Below, piece after piece: positions 1-7,645 of a DNA stretch of 64,000 nt. The stretch lies in the sequence record OP177727.1, one strand, 5' to 3'. The DNA comes from Escherichia phage pEC-M2929-1AR.1. The notes under the pieces were generated by a model, which saw nothing but the letters and a program-made list of their open reading frames with translations, did not search any database and was not told the DNA's origin. Within the stretch, counting starts at the first letter, position 1; each line of letters opens with the position of its first letter. The translations under genes and the position numbers were made by a program.

Positions 1-169
1 AAGCTACAACACCATCTTGTCTGTCGTAACCTTCCCAATGATATTGAATAATTACTTCATCTTCTAAGCAATAAAAGAATTCTTCTTCATTTACTACGAA
101 TGGTACAGTGTTATAAATTCTTACTTCCTCTTCTTGAGGAAACTTGCGAATTACTTTTAAAGTATACAT
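1..169 (-). CDS. hypothetical protein, 5' portion only (continues beyond window start)
   Basis: Open minus-strand frame from window edge to ATG at 167-169, GGAG-type RBS just upstream (plus 175-179); absent from ORF track because no stop lies in window. Confidence 0.45.
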   Translation of the reverse strand, partial: MYTLKVIRKFPQEEEVRIYNTVPFVVNEEEFFYCLEDEVIIQYHWEGYDRQDGVVA

Positions 170-280
170 AATATCTCCTGATAAGTATTTAGTAGTAGTG
201 GTATGTGCGTTAAGGAGTCGCACCCCTCCATCTCAGAAGGAACTAGGCTTGTTCTTCGAAGACACCGCTGGCACGGAGTT

Positions 281-356
281 TGGTCGTGGTAAACGGAGTC
301 GAACCGTTGTTTCTCGATTATCGGTCGAGTGTACTAACCATCTGTACGATACCACA
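281..356 (-). tRNA. tRNA, anticodon GAU (Ile-type); CCA encoded
   Basis: Hand-folded cloverleaf: acceptor 7 bp, D stem GTAC/GTAC, anticodon stem CTCGA/TCGAG with loop CCGATAA, T arm AACGG-TTCGACT-CCGTT; position 33 is C, which is unusual. Confidence 0.55.
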
Positions 357-361
357 ATAAT

Positions 362-450
362 TGGCAGCAAGGTGAGGAATCGAACCCCTTGATCTATGGT
401 TTGGAGCCATATTGAGTACCATACTCTTTTAAATCTACCCGGCTATGAGT
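362..450 (-). tRNA. tRNA-like element, possible degenerate tRNA (anticodon-like loop CCA)
   Basis: Good anticodon arm (TATGG-CTCCAAA-CCATA) and T loop TTCGATT with CCA end, but no acceptor or D stem could be paired by hand. Confidence 0.3.
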
Positions 451-502
451 TCCTTGAAGTGTCAATGTAACTTAATCATTACACCAGAAGGGAGGTATTT
501 AT

Positions 503-581
503 TGGAGGCGGGAGTTGGATTTGAACCAACGATCTCCAGCATATGAAACTGGCGAGGACGACCAGACTCCTCTATCCCGCA
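503..581 (-). tRNA. tRNA, anticodon CAU (Met, fMet or Ile2 type)
   Basis: Acceptor TGCGGGA/TCCCGCC with 1-72 mismatch, D stem GAGG/CCTC, anticodon arm CCAGT-TTCATAT-GCTGG, T arm GTTGG-TTCAAAT-CCAAC, CCA encoded. Confidence 0.6.
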
Positions 582-596
582 CAATCTGTAATAATT

Positions 597-672
597 TGGT
601 TGATAGTAAGAGAATCGAACTCTTCTCGCAATGCCTTATGAAAGCACTCGAAACGCCAGCTTCACACTATCA
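597..672 (-). tRNA. tRNA, probable anticodon CAU
   Basis: Acceptor TGATAGT/ACTATCA, T arm AAGAG-TTCGATT-CTCTT, anticodon loop TTCATAA; D arm not cleanly resolved by hand. Confidence 0.5.
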
Positions 673-764
673 ATGGCTAACCCTTTATAACCCGTCTTGG
701 CGTGGTATCCTTGATAGGACGGTGGATATCCGTTGCAAACCCTATGATATCTCTTAGATATGGT

Positions 765-844
765 AGCTAAGGTGAGACTCGAACTCACAATCCCCTGGGG
801 CAATACGTTCTAAGCGTATCGTGTATACCATTCCACCACTTAGC
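765..844 (-). tRNA. tRNA-Leu, anticodon UAG (type II, long variable arm)
   Basis: Acceptor GCTAAGT/CCTTAGC, anticodon arm ATACG-CTTAGAA-CGTAT, variable stem CCCC/GGGG, T arm GTGAG-TTCGAGT-CTCAC; CCA not encoded. Confidence 0.6.
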
Positions 845-922
845 CATAATAAGTACACCACTGTAAGAAGCCTCAATGTGCTATTGACAGTTAACCAAGT
901 CTACTCCTTGGATGGTGTTATT

Positions 923-997
923 TGGTGCAGAGAGATGGTAACGATCCATCCTTTCTACCTTTTCAGGGTAGCACTAATCCGTCTCAGCTATCTCTGC
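923..997 (-). tRNA. tRNA-Phe, anticodon GAA
   Basis: Acceptor GCAGAGA/TCTCTGC, anticodon arm CTACC-CTGAAAA-GGTAG, T stem GATGG/CCATC with atypical T loop ATCGTTA. Confidence 0.55.
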
Positions 998-1002
998 AAA
1001 TT

Positions 1003-1078
1003 TGGTCAGTGCGGCAGGACTCGAACCTGCGACCCGAAGCATCCAAAGCTCCCACGCTACCAACTGCGCTACGCACTG
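1003..1078 (-). tRNA. tRNA-Pro, anticodon UGG
   Basis: Acceptor CAGTGCG/CGCACTG, D stem GCGC/GCGT, anticodon arm GGAGC-TTTGGAT-GCTTC, T arm GCAGG-TTCGAGT-CCTGC, CCA encoded. Confidence 0.65.
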
Positions 1079-1085
1079 TAAATAT

Positions 1086-1160
1086 TGGCTGGAGATCTAG
1101 GAATCGAACCTAGTCATCACGACTTCAAAGGCCGTTGCCTTCCCACTAGGCTAATCTCCA
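1086..1160 (-). tRNA. tRNA-Gln, anticodon UUG
   Basis: Acceptor TGGAGAT/ATCTCCA, anticodon arm ACGGC-CTTTGAA-GTCGT, T arm CTAGG-TTCGATT-CCTAG, CCA encoded. Confidence 0.65.
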
Positions 1161-1259
1161 ATAAAACTAAAAATCACTTAAAAAGAACCGCTAGAGTTTG
1201 AAGGAGAAAACCATGAGCGAAAAGAGAAATTTTCTCTAGCGATTCCATTTAAATAATCT

Positions 1260-1333
1260 TGGAGCGAGTAACAGGACTTGAACCTGCACCTGGAGGGTGG
1301 AAACCTCATATGCTACCATTAACACTATACCCG
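1260..1333 (-). tRNA. tRNA-Gly, anticodon UCC
   Basis: Acceptor GCGGGTA/TACTCGC (one G-U), anticodon stem GAGG/CCTC with loop TTTCCAC, T arm GCAGG-TTCAAGT-CCTGT. Confidence 0.6.
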
Positions 1334-1389
1334 CTTAACAATATTACTCTAACATATTATTAGCCCCTTTGTCAAGAGGCTTTTGATAT

Positions 1390-1719
1390 TTATTTTAAAA
1401 TAGTAGATGCACCACGTCTGTTTAGATATGCAATAGTAAAATCCAAATCACCTATTTCTTCAGGTTCCCACTGACCTTCTAAACCATAACAAGAACAATG
1501 ATATGCGTGTACTTCATAAAACAAAGATGTTTTCATATCATAAAAATAAACGTGAGATTCACCTTCATAATATGCACAATCATAAGTGGCAGAAAGAATT
1601 ACAATGTTATCCTTATCTAACTCTACTTCATAATATCTTTCAACATCTTCAATATCATCAAAACCATCGAAAACATTGATATTAAAATATTTCTCTAACT
1701 CTTTTTCTGTCACATACAC
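1390..1719 (-). CDS. hypothetical protein (109 aa) embedded in tRNA cluster
   Basis: ORF track; AAGGAG RBS 5 nt upstream of ATG on minus strand; flanked by tRNA genes. Confidence 0.6.
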   Translation of the reverse strand: MYVTEKELEKYFNINVFDGFDDIEDVERYYEVELDKDNIVILSATYDCAYYEGESHVYFYDMKTSLFYEVHAYHCSCYGLEGQWEPEEIGDLDFTIAYLNRRGASTILK

Positions 1720-1736
1720 TCCTTTAGAGTTAAAAT

Positions 1737-1811
1737 TGGTGCTCCCACAAGGACTCGAACCCTGATAAGTTGCTTACAAGGCAACCGTAATAGCCGTTAT
1801 ACGATAGGAGC
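1737..1811 (-). tRNA. tRNA-Thr, anticodon UGU
   Basis: Acceptor GCTCCTA/TGGGAGC, anticodon arm GTTGC-CTTGTAA-GCAAC, T arm CAGGG-TTCGAGT-CCTTG, CCA encoded. Confidence 0.65.
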
Positions 1812-1890
1812 AAAATATTTGCTTGGTAGGATTTGATACCTACAATTCTAGAAAATTCTAGAGGTTTCTATTAACTCTACAAGCACTATT

Positions 1891-1975
1891 TGGCGATGGA
1901 TCAAGGATTTGAACCTTGCTAGAACTTTCGTTCACGGATTAACAGTCCGTCGCCCAACCACTAGGCCAATCCATC
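1891..1975 (-). tRNA. type II tRNA (long variable arm) with anticodon GUU (Asn-type anticodon on Ser/Leu/Tyr-type body)
   Basis: Acceptor GATGGAT/ATCCATC, anticodon arm ACGGA-CTGTTAA-TCCGT, variable arm stem GAAC/GTTC, T arm CAAGG-TTCAAAT-CCTTG. Confidence 0.5.
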
Positions 1976-1982
1976 TTTAATT

Positions 1983-2070
1983 TGGTGCAGGTAGTTGGAC
2001 TCGAACCAACGAAGCCCCGAAGGGCAGGAGATTTACAGTCTCCAGCAATTGCCGCTATGCGATACCTACG
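1983..2070 (-). tRNA. tRNA-Tyr, anticodon GUA (type II)
   Basis: Acceptor GTAGGTA/TACCTGC, anticodon arm GGAGA-CTGTAAA-TCTCC, long variable arm, T arm GTTGG-TTCGAGT-CCAAC. Confidence 0.65.
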
Positions 2071-2074
2071 TGTT

Positions 2075-2150
2075 TGGTACATCGTGAAGGATTCGAACCT
2101 TCGACCTTGGAGTTAAAAGCCCCTTGCTCTACCAACTAAGCTAACGATGT
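2075..2150 (-). tRNA. tRNA-Lys, anticodon UUU
   Basis: Acceptor ACATCGT/ACGATGT, D stem GCTT/GAGC, anticodon loop CTTTTAA, T arm GAAGG-TTCGAAT-CCTTC. Confidence 0.65.
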
Positions 2151-2284
2151 ATAAATTATCTTTAAAATAGCCAGTGTTTGCGGCACTTGACTATGAAGTA
2201 TTAGGGTATCGGTAAGATGGTGGAGGCCATCTGCCGAAAGTTTACTCTATTAAAGTAAGATTACAAGCTACATTAAAGATAACT

Positions 2285-2370
2285 TGGCGGTAGATGTAGG
2301 ACTTGAACCTACACGCCGTTTCCGACGACAGTTTAGCAAACTGTTGTGGCTACCATTTCACCAATCTACC
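2285..2370 (-). tRNA. tRNA-Ser, anticodon GCU (type II)
   Basis: Acceptor GGTAGAT/ATCTACC, anticodon arm ACAGT-TTGCTAA-ACTGT, long variable arm, T arm GTAGG-TTCAAGT-CCTAC. Confidence 0.65.
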
Positions 2371-2378
2371 GTTCTTAA

Positions 2379-2531
2379 TTATTCAAAACAACCGGAATCT
2401 TTTTGTTCTGCTTTTACCATACGAATATTTTTACCATCTTCAGATTGTTGAAGATTAGAATACTCATAAACAACTTTATTATCTACAATCTTAACTCCGG
2501 TAACAACCTGTCCAATAGTTTTATAATTCAT
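2379..2531 (-). CDS. small hypothetical protein (50 aa)
   Basis: Track ORF 2379-2579 trimmed to internal ATG at 2531 because the upstream part overlaps a tRNA; AGGAG RBS 4 nt upstream of that ATG. Confidence 0.45.
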   Translation of the reverse strand: MNYKTIGQVVTGVKIVDNKVVYEYSNLQQSEDGKNIRMVKAEQKDSGCFE

Positions 2532-2549
2532 AAAGCTCCTAGTTGAATT

Positions 2550-2639
2550 TGGAGGAAGATAATGGAGTCGAACCATCACCGTATCGCTACAATGGGCCAG
2601 GGTTCAAACCTGGTTGCGCACCGCTGCGCCCTACCTTCC
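2550..2639 (-). tRNA. tRNA-Ser, anticodon UGA (type II)
   Basis: Acceptor GGAAGGT/ATCTTCC, anticodon arm CCAGG-TTTGAAC-CCTGG, T arm GATGG-TTCGACT-CCATT, CCA encoded. Confidence 0.55.
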
Positions 2640-2702
2640 CGTTATCATACTTTAAATCTAACATAAAACTATCTTGTTTGTCAAGTAGTTTTTAAAACTT
2701 TT

Positions 2703-2784
2703 TGGTCGGGGTGACAGGATTCGAACCTGCATACTCCAATTACTCGGTTAACGCCTGATTAGAAGTCAGGTGAGATACACCCCG
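2703..2784 (-). tRNA. tRNA, identity unresolved (candidate anticodon loop CTTCTAA = UCU, Arg-type)
   Basis: Acceptor CGGGGTG/CACCCCG and T arm GCAGG-TTCGAAT-CCTGT are clear; the 47-nt interior could not be folded into a canonical D plus anticodon arm by hand. Confidence 0.4.
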
Positions 2785-2856
2785 TTTTCACAGTAACTAT
2801 AACAAAAAACTAAGTGAATGTCAAGATATTTTTACTAAAATTATTATTTAAATTGA

Positions 2857-2962
2857 AGCCTAGTTATGGAATCGAACCATATTTCGTATTTAGTTAGACA
2901 AAGCGGTCTAACATATTTTTCAGGCTTTGATGGCCTCGGAATTACCAAATACCCTACTAGGC
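2857..2962 (-). ncRNA. oversized tRNA-like RNA (about 106 nt)
   Basis: Perfect 7-bp acceptor-like pairing (GCCTAGT/ACTAGGC) and canonical T arm (TATGG-TTCGATT-CCATA) enclose a 74-nt interior containing hairpin GTTAGAC-CGCTTTG-GTCTAAC. Confidence 0.35.
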
Positions 2963-2964
2963 GT

Positions 2965-3050
2965 TGGTGCAAGTGGAGGGATTCGAACCCTCAATCATTT
3001 AAGCGTTGCGTTTTAAGCACAATGTGTATCACCAATTCCACCACACTTGC
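2965..3050 (-). tRNA. tRNA-Leu, anticodon UAA (type II)
   Basis: Acceptor GCAAGTG/CACTTGC, anticodon arm TTGTG-CTTAAAA-CGCAA, long variable arm, T arm GAGGG-TTCGAAT-CCCTC. Confidence 0.6.
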
Positions 3051-3081
3051 ATATAGGAGATGCATAGCATCTCCTTTTAAA

Positions 3082-3157
3082 TGGTGGTTCCCCAGGGTTA
3101 CAATCCCTGCCCTCGACACTTATGAGGTGTGCGCTCTCGTCAGTGAGCTATGGAACC
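3082..3157 (-). tRNA. tRNA, anticodon CAU (Met-type)
   Basis: Acceptor GGTTCCA/GGGAACC, D arm GCTC-ACTGACGA-GAGC, anticodon loop CTCATAA, T stem CAGGG/CCCTG with atypical loop ATTGTAA. Confidence 0.5.
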
Positions 3158-3164
3158 TTGAATA

Positions 3165-3431
3165 TTAAGCATACTGGGTCATTTCACCAGCTTCGCGTTT
3201 CTCCAGAAGAACTGTAATCAAAGCAATAGCTGCTTCTTCTTCGTGCGGAAGCCCCATTTCATCCAGAAGAGCAAGGAAGTCAATTACCAAACTTTCTGTT
3301 TTAAGGCTAACGCTACCATTTTCGTTTTCAGTAAGAACTGATTCAGGTTCAAAAATAAAGATTGCTCCACCTTTATTATCAATCAATACGTGCTTCTCAA
3401 TCAATTCTTTACCATAAGTACGTTCTGTCAT
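3165..3431 (-). CDS. hypothetical protein (88 aa)
   Basis: ORF track; AAAAGGAGAAAACT directly upstream of ATG on minus strand. Confidence 0.6.
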   Translation of the reverse strand: MTERTYGKELIEKHVLIDNKGGAIFIFEPESVLTENENGSVSLKTESLVIDFLALLDEMGLPHEEEAAIALITVLLEKREAGEMTQYA

Positions 3432-3481
3432 AGTTTTCTCCTTTTTGTTTAACTTGTGCTTATCTTAGCAAATAACTAGCT

Positions 3482-3598
3482 ATGTTGTCAACTAGTTTTT
3501 ACAATATTTTTTCTTGATCTGTAACCTAGTGTATAACCGCATACAAAAGATACAATAGCAATAAAAACAGATAAGCCAAAAATAATTTCTGTAGACAT
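3482..3598 (-). CDS. small hydrophobic protein (about 38 aa, predicted membrane peptide)
   Basis: Hand-translated MSTEIIFGLSVFIAIVSFVCGYTLGYRSRKNIVKTS; AAGGAA RBS upstream; below the ORF-track size cutoff. Confidence 0.35.
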
Positions 3599-3611
3599 AC
3601 TGTTTCCTTAA

Positions 3612-3833
3612 TTATGTGAAATCTAATTCCTCCTCTGGTGTTGTGTAATTTAGAAGAAGATCAGTTACACTTTGATGTTGATAAACCCTTTCGGGACTGT
3701 CATCGAATGCCAAACTTGTACAAATCGAGCATAGATCCGACTCTTGAATATTACCATTCCTGTCTCTACGGGAATGATTAGTCAAGTGTCTGTTACAGGC
3801 TCGGCAACGAAAATAAAAATTATGTTGTTTCAT
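3612..3833 (-). CDS. small Cys-rich (zinc-ribbon-like) protein
   Basis: ORF track; CRAC and CSIC pairs; AAGGA RBS upstream of ATG. Confidence 0.5.
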   Translation of the reverse strand: MKQHNFYFRCRACNRHLTNHSRRDRNGNIQESDLCSICTSLAFDDSPERVYQHQSVTDLLLNYTTPEEELDFT

Positions 3834-3904
3834 AAATCCTTCGTGAAGCCCATCCAGGGCAGTTGTAGGCTCTCCTTACCTTAATCTTATCACGAAGTTT
3901 TTAT

Positions 3905-5638
3905 TTAGTCAACCTGGATGGTTCCCATAGTACGAAGAACCTCTACATCAACACGGTTGCGGATATCAGTGAATGTTTCATCACGTCCTTCTACTTGTGG
4001 TGTAATAACCTTACCATTCTTGAAGATAACTTGTAACTCATTGTCTTCATCCTGGATATCTTTAAAAGAAAGATTATCTACAAGAGAAAGATTACCATTG
4101 GTATCCTTAACAACCTTAATAAAACCTTTTGCAGAGCGTTTACCAGGATCAGTTTTAGGCTCCTTACTTACCAAAATTTCGTGTTCACCGATGATACTAC
4201 CTGTTGCTTTAACAGCAAAACCAAAAGTATCTCGTGTATTGAACTGATAAGTATAACTACCAACACCAAATACAATATTGGAAGCTGCAAAACCTTTCTT
4301 CTTCAGTCGGCGTAAGATCTCGTGTTCTCGTTCAACAGTAATAGAATCACCATAAATCATACCGATATGCTGATCAAGAACCTTGTAACCTTTTCGGTTG
4401 ATAGTACCACCAAACACTTCCCAAAGGATTTGAATAGAACCTACTGCTTCACAATAAGGAATCTCATAAGTTTCATCAATGCAATCAGCAACACTGCAAT
4501 CCTGAAGAACATTGTAATACTTATTAACATCAGCCAAATGAACTACTTCAGTGGCTGTCGCAATACCATTATTTAAGAGGTCTTCATAGTTATCAAAAGA
4601 TTCAACATTGTATCCTGCAACAACTTTAACCGGATCTCCTGAATCTGGACGAATAACAAGACGACCATTTCGTGACATAATGGAATCTTTCAATTCTACC
4701 AGAATGCGAGTCAATACAGCCCAATAGTCATAAGAGTCTGCTACATATGAACAAAAACCTTCTGGAACAATTTCTTCGATATAACGACGAAGAAACTCTT
4801 TTTCTGCTACATAACGAAGCCCATCTACATCATCTTTAAGATGTGGAAAATGTTTCTTCAGATCTTCAACAATAGCTCCAATGTTAGTCGTTGCTACTGA
4901 ATGTTCTGTTGCCGGAATCGAACCTGCAACAAACTGATCATAATCAATACCATAATAATCATGCACAGTTTCAATAGCCAGAATATTATCTGTTCCTGTG
5001 AACGATGCCAAGTGAGCGATACCACTCTTATAACCATCTTCGATATTACTTAAACCACGTAGGCTAAAGTCATGACACTGGAAGTTAACGTGATCAATAT
5101 TATCACACGTTGCCATCGCATATGCCATAGCGATACGCTTATACTGAAAAGCTGCTGTAGCGTTAGTCATTGTCTTCCAAGTTTCATCTGACAACAGTGT
5201 TTCCACATAGTTAGTTAACCAAAAGAATTTTTCTAAAGTATTATGCACAGTAAACACAGGAACACCAATAGGACACAAAACACCTTCTGGCAGAGATCGA
5301 ACTTCCAGCGGAAGATAACCTAAATCGTGCAATTCTCCCCAACATTCAGCAGAAGGAGCAGAAGCACCTAATGCATTTTTAGACATACGATAAAATTTAT
5401 TTACTGCTGCACTACGAGACATTTTAAAGAAGCTATCCCACATAGTTACAAGAGCATCAGTGACTGCTCGACGAATACCTAAAACAATCACACCACGTGC
5501 TTCACGATCTGCATAGTGTGCAAAGTTTTTATCATTACGAGGAGTTAAATTAGAGAAAATAAGTTTTGTATTTTGGTTGTACATCTGCTTGTGACCAGGT
5601 TTGTACCAATCAGTAGCAAAAGGTGCAAAAATATTCAT
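3905..5638 (-). CDS. nadV: nicotinamide phosphoribosyltransferase family protein (NadV/NAMPT-like; candidate Namat of a NARP1-type module)
   Basis: 577 aa; NAMPT-family blocks DWYK, LPLEVRSLPEG, FTVHNT, HDFSLRG, SFTGTDN, RPDSGDP recognised by eye against known NAMPT sequences. Confidence 0.85.
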   Translation of the reverse strand: MNIFAPFATDWYKPGHKQMYNQNTKLIFSNLTPRNDKNFAHYADREARGVIVLGIRRAVTDALVTMWDSFFKMSRSAAVNKFYRMSKNALGASAPSAECWGELHDLGYLPLEVRSLPEGVLCPIGVPVFTVHNTLEKFFWLTNYVETLLSDETWKTMTNATAAFQYKRIAMAYAMATCDNIDHVNFQCHDFSLRGLSNIEDGYKSGIAHLASFTGTDNILAIETVHDYYGIDYDQFVAGSIPATEHSVATTNIGAIVEDLKKHFPHLKDDVDGLRYVAEKEFLRRYIEEIVPEGFCSYVADSYDYWAVLTRILVELKDSIMSRNGRLVIRPDSGDPVKVVAGYNVESFDNYEDLLNNGIATATEVVHLADVNKYYNVLQDCSVADCIDETYEIPYCEAVGSIQILWEVFGGTINRKGYKVLDQHIGMIYGDSITVEREHEILRRLKKKGFAASNIVFGVGSYTYQFNTRDTFGFAVKATGSIIGEHEILVSKEPKTDPGKRSAKGFIKVVKDTNGNLSLVDNLSFKDIQDEDNELQVIFKNGKVITPQVEGRDETFTDIRNRVDVEVLRTMGTIQVD

Positions 5639-5709
5639 AGTTATGTCTCCTTGTTTGTTAATGTGGGAGTATCTTACTAAGCATACTCCCTATTGTCAAC
5701 ACTTATTAT

Positions 5710-6603
5710 TTAAAAATTCCACACATATGGAGATACAATTTGTTGTTGCAAATCTGACTGATTCTTAACAAGAACACCGGAATCTTCTTGGATGTTATCT
5801 TCCCACACATTAAGAGAGTGAATACAGTCAAAGTGCTCACTTAACTCTTTAAGACCTTTAGAAAAGATACCGTGTGTAACATATAGCTCAATCTTACCTG
5901 CGTTACGAGCACGTAGCACTTTAGCCAATTCGATAAAAGTTCTACCACCATCACAGATATCATCTACGATCATCAGGTTACGCTTATTGAAATCCTGTAC
6001 AGAAATGTCTGTACGAACAATAGCACCTGTTGCGGTATCTCTAACCTTCTCTGCACAGAACACATCTAAAGACATTTTCTTAGATAATTTAAATATTTTC
6101 TTAAGAGCACCACCATCAGGGCTAACAAGAGCAAAATTCTCCATACGTAACTTCCACTTTAAAGTTTCGTAAGCAATCTCTTCTTGAGGTATTACACAGA
6201 GTCTGTCAAACACTGCTGGAGTAACATCACTATGCGGATCAGCAACGATAACACGTGAGAAATTTAATGAATTAATTATAGAAGCAAATGCTTTAACTCC
6301 AAATGCTTCCCCAGGCTCACACACTCTGTCTTGTCGTGCATACGGCACATACAACATGAGTAAATCAACACAATATGGTTTATGATATAGCATATTGTCC
6401 AATGCATTCTTAGTCATAACCAAAGTCATCAAGTCTTTAGCAGATCTTACTTCTAAAGTGAGTAAGATTCTGTCTGTAGTATGATTGAAAACTGATAGAT
6501 TCGTATCTAACTGAACATGTTGTTCTCCACCAGAGAATGTAAACACTTTAACGTCTACATCAGTAACATAACAGTCAACACCATGCAGAATACTAACTTT
6601 CAT
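5710..6603 (-). CDS. prs: ribose-phosphate pyrophosphokinase family protein (Prs-like; candidate Adps of a NARP1-type module)
   Basis: 297 aa; PRPP-synthetase blocks VPYARQDR, LVSPDGG, PRPP-binding loop MIVDDICDGGRT, VTHGIFS. Confidence 0.8.
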   Translation of the reverse strand: MKVSILHGVDCYVTDVDVKVFTFSGGEQHVQLDTNLSVFNHTTDRILLTLEVRSAKDLMTLVMTKNALDNMLYHKPYCVDLLMLYVPYARQDRVCEPGEAFGVKAFASIINSLNFSRVIVADPHSDVTPAVFDRLCVIPQEEIAYETLKWKLRMENFALVSPDGGALKKIFKLSKKMSLDVFCAEKVRDTATGAIVRTDISVQDFNKRNLMIVDDICDGGRTFIELAKVLRARNAGKIELYVTHGIFSKGLKELSEHFDCIHSLNVWEDNIQEDSGVLVKNQSDLQQQIVSPYVWNF

Positions 6604-7012
6604 TCTTTATCTCCTTAGTTGAGTTAGGACTTTATGTTCTCTACTCTACATACAGATAGATCTAAAGTCAATAGATATTTATTATTTAATTAATAATAAA
6701 ATTAATAAATAATCTATTGTTAGTATAGAGCATGTATGTTAGTATTATATACATAACATAGTGCTATATGTAGACTACTCAGTTGTCTGTTAGATCATGT
6801 ATCACAAGATTAGATAACACCCCCTCGCTGCGCTCGGCGTTTTTCGGGGGTTAGGGTAGCATACTTTTTTGCGTTTGTCAACACCTTTTTAGATTATTTT
6901 TAAGTACAACCTGAACCTCCTAAAAACGATTGTAACGAGTTTTACTGTGAGGTAAGGTGATTGCATATCTTAGGTGCTATTAGCTCGTTACAGAGCCATA
7001 CAGGAGGGAATA

Positions 7013-7381
7013 ATGAGGGTCACACGTTACGTTAGAAGTGAAACAATAGATGGAGGCATAATGTATGCTTTCTACGATGATAAAACTTTTTGTTCTGCAT
7101 TCTATGAAGAAGACTTGTCTACTGAGTGGCAACAAATCATCTTCTTACTTGACATTTTGAAAAGAAGAGATAACCTTGAAGGTATTGAGTGGACAGTGGG
7201 AAGCAAAGTTATCGTTGCAGGTTTAAGCAAACATGAGTTGCTTGACTTAGACTGTAAACTTTGTAATTATCAATTCTCAAAACGTTTACCATTAGAAAGA
7301 CAGTTAGGAGTTGAGATTCATGTTGACTTGGGCGATGGAGTATCCTATACTCTCAACAATCATAGTGCTGACATTAATTAG
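7013..7381 (+). CDS. hypothetical protein; first gene of long plus-strand array
   Basis: Track ORF 6974-7381 trimmed to ATG at 7013 preceded by CAGGAGGGAATA. Confidence 0.5.
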   Translation: MRVTRYVRSETIDGGIMYAFYDDKTFCSAFYEEDLSTEWQQIIFLLDILKRRDNLEGIEWTVGSKVIVAGLSKHELLDLDCKLCNYQFSKRLPLERQLGVEIHVDLGDGVSYTLNNHSADIN

Positions 7382-7447
7382 TGGGATCACAAAGTGCGTC
7401 ACAAGCATTTGCGATTGTTTAACACATTTTAAACAAAGGAAAAATAA

Positions 7448-7645
7448 ATGAATCAAACTATGCAAACAATCTATAGAGTAATCCTTGGTGAGTTCCATGT
7501 TGTTAAGTCAACATTGAATTATGAAGAAGCTAAAGAGAATTTCTTGCTATGGGTTGAAGCATTTTCTGAAGTTGAAAAGGTAAGTTACAATTGTGTAACT
7601 TTAACTGCTGATCACGTACCTGTATTGGAGTTTATTAAGAAATGA
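7448..7645 (+). CDS. hypothetical protein (65 aa)
   Basis: ORF track; AAAGGAAAAATAA upstream of ATG. Confidence 0.5.
   Translation: MNQTMQTIYRVILGEFHVVKSTLNYEEAKENFLLWVEAFSEVEKVSYNCVTLTADHVPVLEFIKK

Noticed and set aside
144-1113. ORF-track plus-strand ORFs 144-392, 515-757, 821-1081 and 922-1113
   Set aside because: They run antisense across tightly packed minus-strand tRNA genes and have no RBS; treated as artefacts.
2597-2613. Apparent plus-strand tRNA T arm CCAGGGTTCAAACCTGG
   Set aside because: On folding it is the anticodon arm (anticodon UGA) of the minus-strand tRNA-Ser at 2550-2639.
2866-3168. ORF-track plus-strand ORF of 100 aa
   Set aside because: It spans the tRNA-like element, tRNA-Leu(UAA) and tRNA-Met on the opposite strand and has no RBS.
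3918-6172. ORF-track plus-strand ORFs 3918-4247, 4322-4576 and 5987-6172
   Set aside because: They lie antisense inside the well-supported NAMPT-family and Prs-family genes; no RBS or conserved motifs.
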